The notes under the pieces were generated by a model. That model searched no databases, was not told the origin of the DNA, and worked only from the letters and a program-made list of their open reading frames with translations. From Gemmatimonadota bacterium (GTDB taxonomy: Bacteria; Latescibacterota; UBA2968; UBA8231), in contig JAYPJE010000002.1 of NCBI GenBank assembly GCA_038128265.1, positions 95,669 through 156,360 of the forward strand: a stretch of 60,692 nt of DNA, given 5' to 3'. The position numbers and the translations under genes are program-made. Below are positions 45,627 to 54,023 of the stretch, one piece after another (within the stretch, counting starts at the first letter, position 1; every line of letters starts with the position of its first letter).

Positions 45627-47338
45627 TGGCTTTGCGCAGGCGTGAACTGGGCGGCTTGGGCGCACTGCTATGCCTGGCCCTATGGCTGCGTGTATGGGGT
45701 TTAGAGCAGGGCTATCCGGCGATGTACGGTCACGTCGACGAAGTGGGCGTGGCAGCGAGTGTTTGGAATTTCTATCGAGCGCACACGCTGTTGCCCACCG
45801 AGTTTACCTATCCGGCGCTTTACTCCTATCTGACGGCCGCAATGCTCTACGTCGCGACCTTGTTGGGATGGGGGCCGCACTGGCAGGGGACGATCGACAG
45901 CCTCGTGCTGATATCGTACCTTGATCCGGCGCGCGCGGCGCTGGTCGGTCGCTGGATTAGCGTCTTGCTGGGGACGGCAACGGTCTATGCCACCTTTGCG
46001 CTAGGGCGACGGGTAGGCGGAGTCGAGGTAGGTTTGGTGGCCGCCGCACTGGCCGCCGTTGCCCGCGTGCCCGTTCAGCAGGCCCATTATGCACTGCCCG
46101 ATACGGCGATGGCTTTCGGGGCGCTGTGCGCGCTGTGGGCGGCCTGGCACATTGCCGATGGGGGAGCATGGCGGGCCTATGTGCTAGCGGGGGTAGCTGC
46201 CGGATGCGTAGTTGCAACCAAATACAACGGTGCGCTGATTGCCCTTGCCATACCGGTGGCGCATATGCTGCGCGCCCAGTGGAGGTGGACGGCGCTAAGT
46301 GATGCAAAACTGTGGAGTGCCATTGCCGTTTCGTTCGCTGCCCTCTTTGTCGGATCACCGTATGTCTTTCTCGCCGCGGATAAATACTGGACCGTAGCCA
46401 GCTACCAGTTTTCCAGCCTCGATTTCTCGCTGGCCCATACGCAGCCGTGGTGGTGGATCGTGCGCTCGCTGCTGGAATACGAATGGGGCGTGGGAGCTGC
46501 TATGCTGCTGGGAATGGGGTGGGCCCTATGGAAGCGCGGGCCGTTTGAAATCCTGCTCCTATCGACCTGGATTCCTAGCTTTATCTACATTGGTTCGTGG
46601 ACGCGAGAAAGCCTGCATTACGTGCTGCACTTCTACCCGCTGTGGGGCATAGCCGCCGCTCTTGCGCTTACATGGGCCCGTCGGCGCATGGGACTGGGTG
46701 GTATTTGGCAGTGGATAGGGGTGTTCATACTGTCCGCACCCAGCGTTTACGCGGCGGCTGAGTCGGGTATAGAAATGGCGCAACCCGACGTGCGTGGGCA
46801 GGCGGCGGCGTGGATTGAGCAACGCGCTGACGAGGGGACGGTGCTGGCGACCACGTGGATGCCATACGGACCACAATTGGAACTGCAGGCGGCCCGGCGC
46901 GGGCTCGCGGAGGCCTATCGGTCGCAGCCGCAGGCGCTGGCCATTCTCGAGCAATACTGGGCGCGCCGTCCCGCCTTCGAGCTGGTCAATCTAGAAATAT
47001 GGCTAAAGCAGCCCGTCGTTCCCGAAGCGTACGGTCCTCACATTGACCTCGACGATCCTGAGACGCGCCGCGTCTTCAGCCGGGGCTGGCTTAGCCCCCG
47101 TCAGCTCAAGAGTCGGGGCGTGCGCTACATCGTGCTACCCGAGGCGGCCTACGGTCGCTATATCGAAAGCGAACCGCCGCCAGGGGGGCTGAGCGCGGCG
47201 CACTACCACCACGCGAAAAACCGCGCCTATTTTTCCAACCTTATCAATCCGGCCAATGGCGAGGTCGAGCGCGTTGCGCGCTTTGCTGCGCGCAACGGTG
47301 AAAAGGGCGCTGCTATCGCCATTTATCGCCTGCGCTAG
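45626..47338 (+). CDS. ArnT/PMT-like (GT-C) membrane glycosyltransferase
   Basis: LR.WGL..G.P...HVDE, YPALY, GRW.SV.LG, AHYA.PD, ATKYNG, many TM segments. Coupled to the GT2 gene. Confidence 0.82.
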   Translation: MALRRRELGGLGALLCLALWLRVWGLEQGYPAMYGHVDEVGVAASVWNFYRAHTLLPTEFTYPALYSYLTAAMLYVATLLGWGPHWQGTIDSLVLISYLDPARAALVGRWISVLLGTATVYATFALGRRVGGVEVGLVAAALAAVARVPVQQAHYALPDTAMAFGALCALWAAWHIADGGAWRAYVLAGVAAGCVVATKYNGALIALAIPVAHMLRAQWRWTALSDAKLWSAIAVSFAALFVGSPYVFLAADKYWTVASYQFSSLDFSLAHTQPWWWIVRSLLEYEWGVGAAMLLGMGWALWKRGPFEILLLSTWIPSFIYIGSWTRESLHYVLHFYPLWGIAAALALTWARRRMGLGGIWQWIGVFILSAPSVYAAAESGIEMAQPDVRGQAAAWIEQRADEGTVLATTWMPYGPQLELQAARRGLAEAYRSQPQALAILEQYWARRPAFELVNLEIWLKQPVVPEAYGPHIDLDDPETRRVFSRGWLSPRQLKSRGVRYIVLPEAAYGRYIESEPPPGGLSAAHYHHAKNRAYFSNLINPANGEVERVARFAARNGEKGAAIAIYRLR

Positions 47339-48498
47339 TTCTGCAGCAGCCCCATGGCCATATTGGCGGCGATATGCGCCTGGGCCAACGTGGCAACGGA
47401 GGCCTGACGGATGATTTCGTTGCGCGCTAGCTGAGACGTTTCCCATGCGTAATCGACGTCGCGTATTGTCGATTCCGAGGCGGTAATGCGCTCTATGGAA
47501 TTGGTGGTAAAGTCGAGCGTGTGCGTCAGTCGGTTGACGACGGCACCCACCTGTCCGCGCACTTTGCTCACTCGGTAGATCGCTCCATCCAAATGGGATA
47601 GGGCCGCCCGCGCCGTATCGCGCGTGCCCATGCTGATGCCGGCCAGGTCCAAGACGGGGCCATCCGTTTGTAAATTGGCGATATTGTACTCGAGGCGGTC
47701 GGCCGGTACGGCGTCGCTGCCCAATTGGAAGCTGCCGCCGATATTCTGAATTTCGATGGTTTTCCCATCTAGTTCGCCGTCGCTATAATCGCCCAGTGCA
47801 CCCTTTACACCCTCACCGGCTAGCACGACTTCAATGCCAAGCGAGTCAAAGTTGACGACCTGAGTCGTTCCGTCGGCAACTTTGCCGTCGACCGTTCGCG
47901 ATCCCAGGTTTACCGTTTGGGTAATCGTTCCATTGCCCAAGGTGATTTCGTTGTCATCTGGGTTGTCGATAAAGGTGTAGGAACCTTCGGCCGCACCGGT
48001 GAGCTTGATGAAGCGCACGCCCGTTTCGGCTGCATCGGCTACGGCGGTTGAAGCCTCTCTATTAACGGAGTTGCCAAATCCCCTGAGTACGGTCTGATCG
48101 TTATAGCTCGATACGCGCACTAGCCGGTCGATTTCCCCCTTCAACTGATTGAATTCGGCTTCGATGGCTTCGCGGTTTTTGTCGTTAAGCGTTTCTGTCG
48201 AGGACTGGAGCGCCAGCTCGCGCATGCGGATGAGCATGGCGCTAATTTCGTTCATGCCACCTTCTGCGGTATTCAGGAGATCGAGTGCATTTTCCGTGTT
48301 GCGCGCACCCTGGGCCAGGCCCTCTAATTCGGCGCGCATGCCTTCGGACATAGAGAGTCGCGCCGCGCTTTCGCGGGCAGAGTTAATGGCGAGGCCCGAG
48401 GAGAGGCGGGCTCTGCGATCCATGCTATCCCGCTCTACCTGACCGATTGTATTCGAGGTCCGCAGAGCGGAAATATTGCTGTTGATGCTGATGGTCAT
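47335..48498 (-). CDS. flagellin 4 (divergent flagellin-like protein)
   Basis: INSNISAL, RLSSGL.INSA, AEGGMNEI..ML.RMRELALQ, RGQVGAV.NRL, ASESTIRDVDYA.E. Several normally invariant motifs are altered. Confidence 0.92.
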   Translation of the reverse strand: MTISINSNISALRTSNTIGQVERDSMDRRARLSSGLAINSARESAARLSMSEGMRAELEGLAQGARNTENALDLLNTAEGGMNEISAMLIRMRELALQSSTETLNDKNREAIEAEFNQLKGEIDRLVRVSSYNDQTVLRGFGNSVNREASTAVADAAETGVRFIKLTGAAEGSYTFIDNPDDNEITLGNGTITQTVNLGSRTVDGKVADGTTQVVNFDSLGIEVVLAGEGVKGALGDYSDGELDGKTIEIQNIGGSFQLGSDAVPADRLEYNIANLQTDGPVLDLAGISMGTRDTARAALSHLDGAIYRVSKVRGQVGAVVNRLTHTLDFTTNSIERITASESTIRDVDYAWETSQLARNEIIRQASVATLAQAHIAANMAMGLLQN

Positions 48499-48607
48499 TT
48501 TCGAACCTCCTTGTTCAATATAGACCTTGGGGCAGCGGCCAACTGTGCGATAACAGATGGCTCAACATGCATAGCTGAACTTCACATAACTTGATACTAC
48601 ATGATAT

Positions 48608-48634
48608 TTATCGGGATAAAGAATCGTGACTTTA
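48608..48634 (-). promoter_or_regulatory. sigma28 promoter of flagellin 4
   Basis: Minus strand reads TAAA-N15-CCCGATAA. Confidence 0.7.
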
Positions 48635-48666
48635 TGGATTTTTTAAAAAAAAAATGGAGAGTCCAT

Positions 48667-48694
48667 TAAAGTTGCGTTGTAAAGTGGCCGATAA
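48667..48694 (+). promoter_or_regulatory. sigma28 promoter of flagellin 5
   Basis: TAAA-N16-GCCGATAA with the -35 extended as TAAAGTT. Shares AAAGTGGCCGATA with the flgM promoter. Confidence 0.82.
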
Positions 48695-48838
48695 ACGGAA
48701 TAGGATGATTGCGCGTTGATCGTGCTGATAAAAAAATCATGAAATGAAAATGCATATAAAGTGCTGTAAATAAATAACATAAATAGAAAACGGAGCTTTT
48801 CCTCCAGCGGGTGGAATTAAGCGAGGAGCGTATGACAG

Positions 48839-49996
48839 ATGGCACTCAGAGTTAATAACAACCTCAAGGCGATCAATGCCCAGCGCATGATAAAGCGCAA
48901 TACAGGCACTATGAGCCGCCAATTGGAACGCCTGTCTTCGGGTATGCGGGTGAATCGCGCGGCCGACGATGCTGCTGGCCTGTCTATTTCCGAGAGCATG
49001 CGCGGCGAGATATCGGGCCTCAACCAGAATGTGCGCAATGCGGAACATGCGACAAACCTCTTGCAAGTTGCCGAAGGATCGCTGCAGGAGGTGAGCGGTA
49101 TTCTCATACGCATGCGCGAGCTGGCCGTCCAATCCGCCTCCAGTACCATGAATGATGCCAACCGCGAGTCCATGCTGGCCGAGTTCACCCAGCTGCGCAC
49201 GGAGATCGACCGCATTGCCGAAGCAACGACCTACAACGACCAGTCGCTGTTGGTCGGTTTTGGCAACAGTGCTTCGGCCGACTCGACGGCGATAACAGCC
49301 AGCAATGAGACGGGCGTGGTGCGCGTGGGGCTGAACGCCGTGGAAGCCGGCACATACACCTTTATAGACGGCGGCGGTGACGACGAAGTCACCTTGGGCA
49401 ACGGCGTAGTGACTCAGACCATTAATTTGGGGACCAAGCTAGACGGTGGCGCCGTATCGGATGGGGCGACGATTGTCGCCAATTTCGACCGACTCGGCAT
49501 ACAGGTATCGCTGGCAGGCGTCGGCGGTTCGGGTGCTACGGGTAGCTATGAAGATGGAGACCTGGACGGTGAGACGTTGGTCATAGAAGAGGGCACTGGG
49601 GGTGATTTTCAGGTGGGACCTCGGGATGCGGCGGTAAACCGCATTGAAGTAGGTATTGGCGATTTGCGCTCTTCGGGTAGCATTCTCAACCTCGACAGTG
49701 CCTCGGTGGATACGATTGGTAGCGCCCGTCAAGCCATATCGACAATAGACCTGGCAATCTTTGCCCTGTCCAACGAGCGCGGAAAGATTGGTTCGGCTCA
49801 GAACCGGCTGTCGTTCACCATCGCCTATAGCGAGAACGAGATTGAGAATATACAGGCTTCTGAAGCGACGATTCGCGACGCCGATATTGCCGAAGAGGTG
49901 ACGGAGTTTAGCCGAGGACAAATTCTCGTGCAGAGCAGCACCGCCATGCTGGCTCAGGCCAATGTAAGCGCCGTATCGGTGCTGTCTCTCCTGTGA
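48839..49996 (+). CDS. fliC: flagellin 5
   Basis: RVNNNL.A.NAQR, LERLSSGMRVNRAADDAAGL, RG.IG.AQNRL, IRDADIAEE, AMLAQAN. Confidence 0.97.
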   Translation: MALRVNNNLKAINAQRMIKRNTGTMSRQLERLSSGMRVNRAADDAAGLSISESMRGEISGLNQNVRNAEHATNLLQVAEGSLQEVSGILIRMRELAVQSASSTMNDANRESMLAEFTQLRTEIDRIAEATTYNDQSLLVGFGNSASADSTAITASNETGVVRVGLNAVEAGTYTFIDGGGDDEVTLGNGVVTQTINLGTKLDGGAVSDGATIVANFDRLGIQVSLAGVGGSGATGSYEDGDLDGETLVIEEGTGGDFQVGPRDAAVNRIEVGIGDLRSSGSILNLDSASVDTIGSARQAISTIDLAIFALSNERGKIGSAQNRLSFTIAYSENEIENIQASEATIRDADIAEEVTEFSRGQILVQSSTAMLAQANVSAVSVLSLL

Positions 49997-50036
49997 GAAG
50001 GGCGCCGTCAGAAGGCGCGAAGGATGCATGATGAGC

Positions 50037-50068
50037 AGGGCCATTCCGCATGGAATGGCCCTCTTTTT
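50037..50068 (+). terminator. intrinsic terminator after flagellin 5
   Basis: AGGGCCATTCC-GCAT-GGAATGGCCCT-CTTTTT. Confidence 0.88.
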
Positions 50069-50077
50069 ATACCCGTC

Positions 50078-50106
50078 TTGACGAATGGGGACGTCTCCAC
50101 TATTCT
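50078..50106 (+). promoter_or_regulatory. putative sigma70 promoter of queA (near-leaderless)
   Basis: TTGACG-N17-TATTCT ending 10 nt before the ATG. No SD. Confidence 0.6.
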
Positions 50107-50116
50107 CCTCTTCCCC

Positions 50117-51145
50117 ATGAATCTTTCCGACTACGACTTTGATCTGCCGCAGGAGCTGATCGCCCAAGAGCCGGTTGCCCAGCGCGATCAGTCGCGCCTG
50201 CTCGTGCTCGATCGCGGCAATGGCCGTGTGCGTCATATGCGCTTTGCCGATATAGCCGGTCTCGTGGCGCCCAGTGACGTGCTCATTGTCAACCAGACGC
50301 GCGTTTTTCCCGCCCGGTTGCACGGGGTGCGCGCGCAGACGGGGGGTAAGGTCGAACTGCTCCTCATCGCCCGCGATAGGGGCGGCAATTGGTTGGCTAT
50401 GGGAAAGCCGGGACGGGCGCTACAGGTGAAAAGCGAGCTTGTTTTTGCGGACGGTGCCCTGCGCGCCGTAGTGGTGGAGCGCACGCCAGAGGGACGCGTT
50501 CGGCTGCAGTTTGACGCGGAGGATATTATGCCCATCGTCGAGCAGGTGGGCCAGATACCGCTCCCGCCCTACATTCGCCGGGAAGCGACGCGTGTCGATG
50601 CGGAGCGCTACCAGACCGTGTTTGCCCGTTCGCACGGAGCGATAGCTGCTCCGACGGCTGGTCTGCACTTTACCCAGCCGCTCCTGCAACAAATCGGTGC
50701 AGCGGGCACCGCCATCGAGCCGGTTCTGTTACACGTGGGCCCCGGCACCTTTGAGCCGGTGCGCACGTCGGACCCACGTTCCCATCGAATCGAAGCAGAG
50801 TATTATGAGATCCCCGCCACAACGGCCGAGGAAGTCAACCGGCGGCGGCGTGCCGGAGGACGCATTATCGCTGTGGGCACGACGTCGGTGCGCGCGCTGG
50901 AGACGGCCGTCGATGGCCAGGGGCTGCTGCACGAGGCGAGTGGGTGGACTGATGCCTTCATATATCCGCCCTACGCATTTGGTGCCGTAGATGCGTTGGT
51001 AACAAATTTCCATCTACCCAAGTCGACTCTGCTGATGCTCGTGGCTGCATTTGCCGGATACGATTATCTGATGAGTGCCTATGCCGAAGCAGTGCGAGAG
51101 GGCTATCGCTTCTACAGCTATGGCGATGCCATGATGGTGGTGTGA
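50117..51145 (+). CDS. queA: S-adenosylmethionine:tRNA ribosyltransferase-isomerase
   Basis: DYDFDLP.ELIAQ.P, G.IPLPPYI.R, YQTVFA...GA.AAPTAGLHF, TNFHLPKSTL, YRFYSYGDAM. Confidence 0.98.
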   Translation: MNLSDYDFDLPQELIAQEPVAQRDQSRLLVLDRGNGRVRHMRFADIAGLVAPSDVLIVNQTRVFPARLHGVRAQTGGKVELLLIARDRGGNWLAMGKPGRALQVKSELVFADGALRAVVVERTPEGRVRLQFDAEDIMPIVEQVGQIPLPPYIRREATRVDAERYQTVFARSHGAIAAPTAGLHFTQPLLQQIGAAGTAIEPVLLHVGPGTFEPVRTSDPRSHRIEAEYYEIPATTAEEVNRRRRAGGRIIAVGTTSVRALETAVDGQGLLHEASGWTDAFIYPPYAFGAVDALVTNFHLPKSTLLMLVAAFAGYDYLMSAYAEAVREGYRFYSYGDAMMVV

Positions 51146-51148
51146 ACT

Positions 51149-52324
51149 ATGGGGGACAAGCGCGCAACAGCTATACTCGTCGCAGGCGGCAGGGGCGTGC
51201 GCATGGGCGGCGACCTTCCCAAGCAGTACATGGCGCTACGCGGCCGGCCCGTGCTGTGGCACACTCTGATGTGCTTTGAGCGCGCCGAGCGCATCGCGTC
51301 AATTATCGTCGTCGTGCGCGCTCAGGACGTGGCATACTGTCGGCAAGAGGTGCTAAGCGGCAGTCCGATGGGCAAGGTGCGCGCGGTGGTGGAAGGGGGC
51401 GCCGAGCGCGCTGATTCCGTCCGCGCCGGGTTGGAGGCCGTGGAATCTGGCGAAGAGCTCGTGCTGGTACACGACGCCGTGCGACCCTTTGTCTCACCTG
51501 AGTTAATAGAGCGGGTGGTCGATGCGGCCGACCAGTGGGGTGCGGCTCTGCCCTGCCTGCCCGTTAAGGAGACCATTAAAGTGGTGGATGGCGAGTGGGT
51601 TCGTTCAACGCCTCAGCGCCAGACGCTGCAGGGAGCGCAGACGCCTCAGGGATTTCGCCGGGATCTACTGCTGCGAGCCCATGCCGCCGATCGGGGTGCC
51701 GAGGCGACAGACGATGCCATGCTGGTTGAAGCGCTGGGTGTGCCGGTGCGCGTTGTGGCTGGCGAAGAGGATAATAGAAAGCTAACCACGCCCGCCGATT
51801 GGGCGTGGGCGCAGCACTATCTAGCGGAGGAAGAGTCCATGGCCAAATCGCAGATGCGCGTGGGGCAGGGGTATGATGTGCACCGTTTAGGACCGGATCG
51901 CCCGCTTGTTTTGGGAGGGGTCGACGTGCCGTTTCATCTGGGCCTTGAAGGGCATTCGGATGCCGATGTGCTGACGCATGCAATGATCGATGCGCTGGTT
52001 GGAGCCATTGGAGAGGGAGATATTGGTCGCCTCTTTCCGGACGACGATGCACAATACGAAAATATCTCGAGCCTGATCCTCTTGGAGCGCGTCGGTGACC
52101 TGCTGGCCCAGCGCGGGGCTGAGATCGTCAATATCGATGCCGTGGTGATGGCGCAGCGGCCCAAATTGGCGCCGCATATCGATGCGATGCGATCTGCGCT
52201 CGCGGAGGTGTTGGGCGTGGAATTGGCGCAGATTTCCATCAAGGCGACGACGACAGAGCGGTTGGGCTTTGTCGGTCGCGAAGAGGGTATGGCGGCGCAG
52301 GCCGTTGCGCTGGTGCGACTTTAG
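51149..52324 (+). CDS. ispDF: bifunctional IspD/IspF (MEP pathway)
   Basis: AGG.G.RM....PKQY, VLVHDAVRPF, QTPQGF, TDDA; then RVGQGYDVH, GHSDADVL.HA..DAL.GA, KATTTE.LGF.GR.EG. Confidence 0.96.
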   Translation: MGDKRATAILVAGGRGVRMGGDLPKQYMALRGRPVLWHTLMCFERAERIASIIVVVRAQDVAYCRQEVLSGSPMGKVRAVVEGGAERADSVRAGLEAVESGEELVLVHDAVRPFVSPELIERVVDAADQWGAALPCLPVKETIKVVDGEWVRSTPQRQTLQGAQTPQGFRRDLLLRAHAADRGAEATDDAMLVEALGVPVRVVAGEEDNRKLTTPADWAWAQHYLAEEESMAKSQMRVGQGYDVHRLGPDRPLVLGGVDVPFHLGLEGHSDADVLTHAMIDALVGAIGEGDIGRLFPDDDAQYENISSLILLERVGDLLAQRGAEIVNIDAVVMAQRPKLAPHIDAMRSALAEVLGVELAQISIKATTTERLGFVGREEGMAAQAVALVRL

Positions 52325-52328
52325 GGCT

Positions 52329-52937
52329 ATGGAAGAGTTTGTCCAGCAGCAGATTATCGGACGCCTGGAAGATATGGATGCGCAGTGGGCTTACGGATTG
52401 CTCTTCCTCAGTGCCGTTATGGAAAATATATTGCCCCCCGTTCCGGGCGATACTGTCGTGGTCTTTAGCGCATATTTAGTCGGTCGGGGCGTTTGGGGTT
52501 TCTGGCCCGTTTTCTTTGCCACCGTTGGTGGAGGCGTTGCGGGGTTTATGGCGATGTTTTTCCTGGGCGCGCGCTATGGCAGTGCGCTCTTCAGCGGTCG
52601 GCGTGGGCGCGTCTTTTCCGCCGAGGGGCTCGACAGAGCTGAACAGTGGCTCGCTCGCTATGGCATCTGGCTTATTTTGGCCAATCGATTTCTGTCGGGC
52701 ATCCGCTCCGTGATTGCCATTGCGGCCGGTATTGGCGGCATGGCTCCCGCGCGCGTCCTTCTCGGCGGCGCGCTGAGTATGGTGCTTTGGAACGGGCTTT
52801 TGCTGTATGCGGGGATGCTGTTGGGACAGAATTGGTCCGAAGTGGGCGAGATGCTGAAACAATACAATCGCGTCTTGCTGTCCATTGCCGCGATAGGCAT
52901 TCTCCTGTTCGTAGTCCGCAGGTGGACAAAGACTTGA
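52329..52937 (+). CDS. DedA family membrane protein
   Basis: ENILPP.PGD, YG...I...RFL.G.RS...I.AG. Confidence 0.9.
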   Translation: MEEFVQQQIIGRLEDMDAQWAYGLLFLSAVMENILPPVPGDTVVVFSAYLVGRGVWGFWPVFFATVGGGVAGFMAMFFLGARYGSALFSGRRGRVFSAEGLDRAEQWLARYGIWLILANRFLSGIRSVIAIAAGIGGMAPARVLLGGALSMVLWNGLLLYAGMLLGQNWSEVGEMLKQYNRVLLSIAAIGILLFVVRRWTKT

Positions 52938-52962
52938 CAACCCGAATCAGCGCCTTTAACTT
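52934..52962 (+). promoter_or_regulatory. putative sigma70 promoter of rplM-rpsI
   Basis: TTGACA-N17-TAACTT. Confidence 0.65.
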
Positions 52963-53031
52963 TAACGACTTATTCAATATATGTATTAGGCCGCGCGGCC
53001 GTGCGCTGCGCGCTTTTGCGGAATGGATAGG

Positions 53032-53469
53032 ATGAGCAACAAAACCTTTACCCCCAAAGCGGGCGACATAGAGCACCAGTGGTATATCGTCGATGCCACG
53101 GACAAGGTTCTCGGACGTTTGGCCTCGCAGATTGCCCAGGTTTTGAAGGGCAAGCACAAGCCGACCTACGCCCCTCATATGGACATGGGCGACCACATTG
53201 TCGTCGTAAATATCGACAAGGTGCGCGTTACGGGATCGAAGGCCGATAAGAAGGTCTACCATCGTCACACCGGCTATCCGGGTGGGTTGCGCACAACGAC
53301 CTATGAGCGCATGATGGATGAGCACCCCGACCGCATTCTCAAAAAGGCCGTGTGGGGCATGTTACCCAACAATCGCCTCGGACGTCAGCTGTTGAAGAAG
53401 CTGCGCGTCTACTCTGGTCCCGAGCATCGGCACGAGGCCCAGCAGCCCCAGCCGCTTGAAATACAATAA
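53032..53469 (+). CDS. rplM: 50S ribosomal protein L13
   Basis: WYIVDA...LGRLAS..A..L.GKHKP.Y.PH.D.GD, YHRHTGYPGG, GMLP.N.LGR. Confidence 0.98.
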   Translation: MSNKTFTPKAGDIEHQWYIVDATDKVLGRLASQIAQVLKGKHKPTYAPHMDMGDHIVVVNIDKVRVTGSKADKKVYHRHTGYPGGLRTTTYERMMDEHPDRILKKAVWGMLPNNRLGRQLLKKLRVYSGPEHRHEAQQPQPLEIQ

Positions 53470-53506
53470 ACGAATCGCTTGACTGCCAACGAGAGGTAGA
53501 GCATTA

Positions 53507-53899
53507 ATGCCTGGAGAAAGCTACGAAGCCACTGGACGTCGCAAGACGTCGGTCGCCCGCGTGTGGTTGCGCCCCGGATCGGGAAATATCGTGATGAACG
53601 GTCGCCCCGTGAACGACTATTTGCGCCGAGGCGCGTTGGAAATGATTCTGGTCCAACCGCTCGATCTGACCGAGACGCGCGATCAGTTTGACGTCCATAT
53701 TTCGACGCGCGGCGGTGGTTTGCGCGGACAGGCTGGAGCGGCTTGTCTGGGCATTGCGCGCGCGCTGATAAAGTTTAATCCCGAAATGCGGACGTCGCTA
53801 AAGAAGGCGGGTTTTCTGACCCGTGACGCGCGCGAGAAAGAGCGCAAGAAGTACGGCTTGGCCGGTGCGCGCAAGCGCTTCCAGTTTTCCAAGCGCTAG
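53507..53899 (+). CDS. rpsI: 30S ribosomal protein S9
   Basis: [19 protein letters not shown]...[20 protein letters not shown]...ARK.FQFSKR. Confidence 0.98.
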   Translation: MPGESYEATGRRKTSVARVWLRPGSGNIVMNGRPVNDYLRRGALEMILVQPLDLTETRDQFDVHISTRGGGLRGQAGAACLGIARALIKFNPEMRTSLKKAGFLTRDAREKERKKYGLAGARKRFQFSKR

Positions 53900-53914
53900 T
53901 ATTTACGCTGTAAA

Positions 53915-54005
53915 TTCGCACGTCCTCAGATATGTGCAGAAGTGTGCCCGCGGGCGTTGCCTGCGGGTATTCTGCTTGTAGGTGAAGAGGGCGGAGGCTC
54001 AACAC
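53915..54005 (+). ncRNA. rpsB leader (t44 / S2 autoregulatory element)
   Basis: CGCAC-GTCCTC...GTGCCCGCGGGC/GCCTGCGGGTAT...GAGGGC-GGAGGC-TCAAC matches the long-stem architecture closed by GGAGG-N-AAC of rpsB leaders. Boundaries approximate. Confidence 0.7.
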
Positions 54006-54023
54006 ACTACTAGGAGTAGACCC

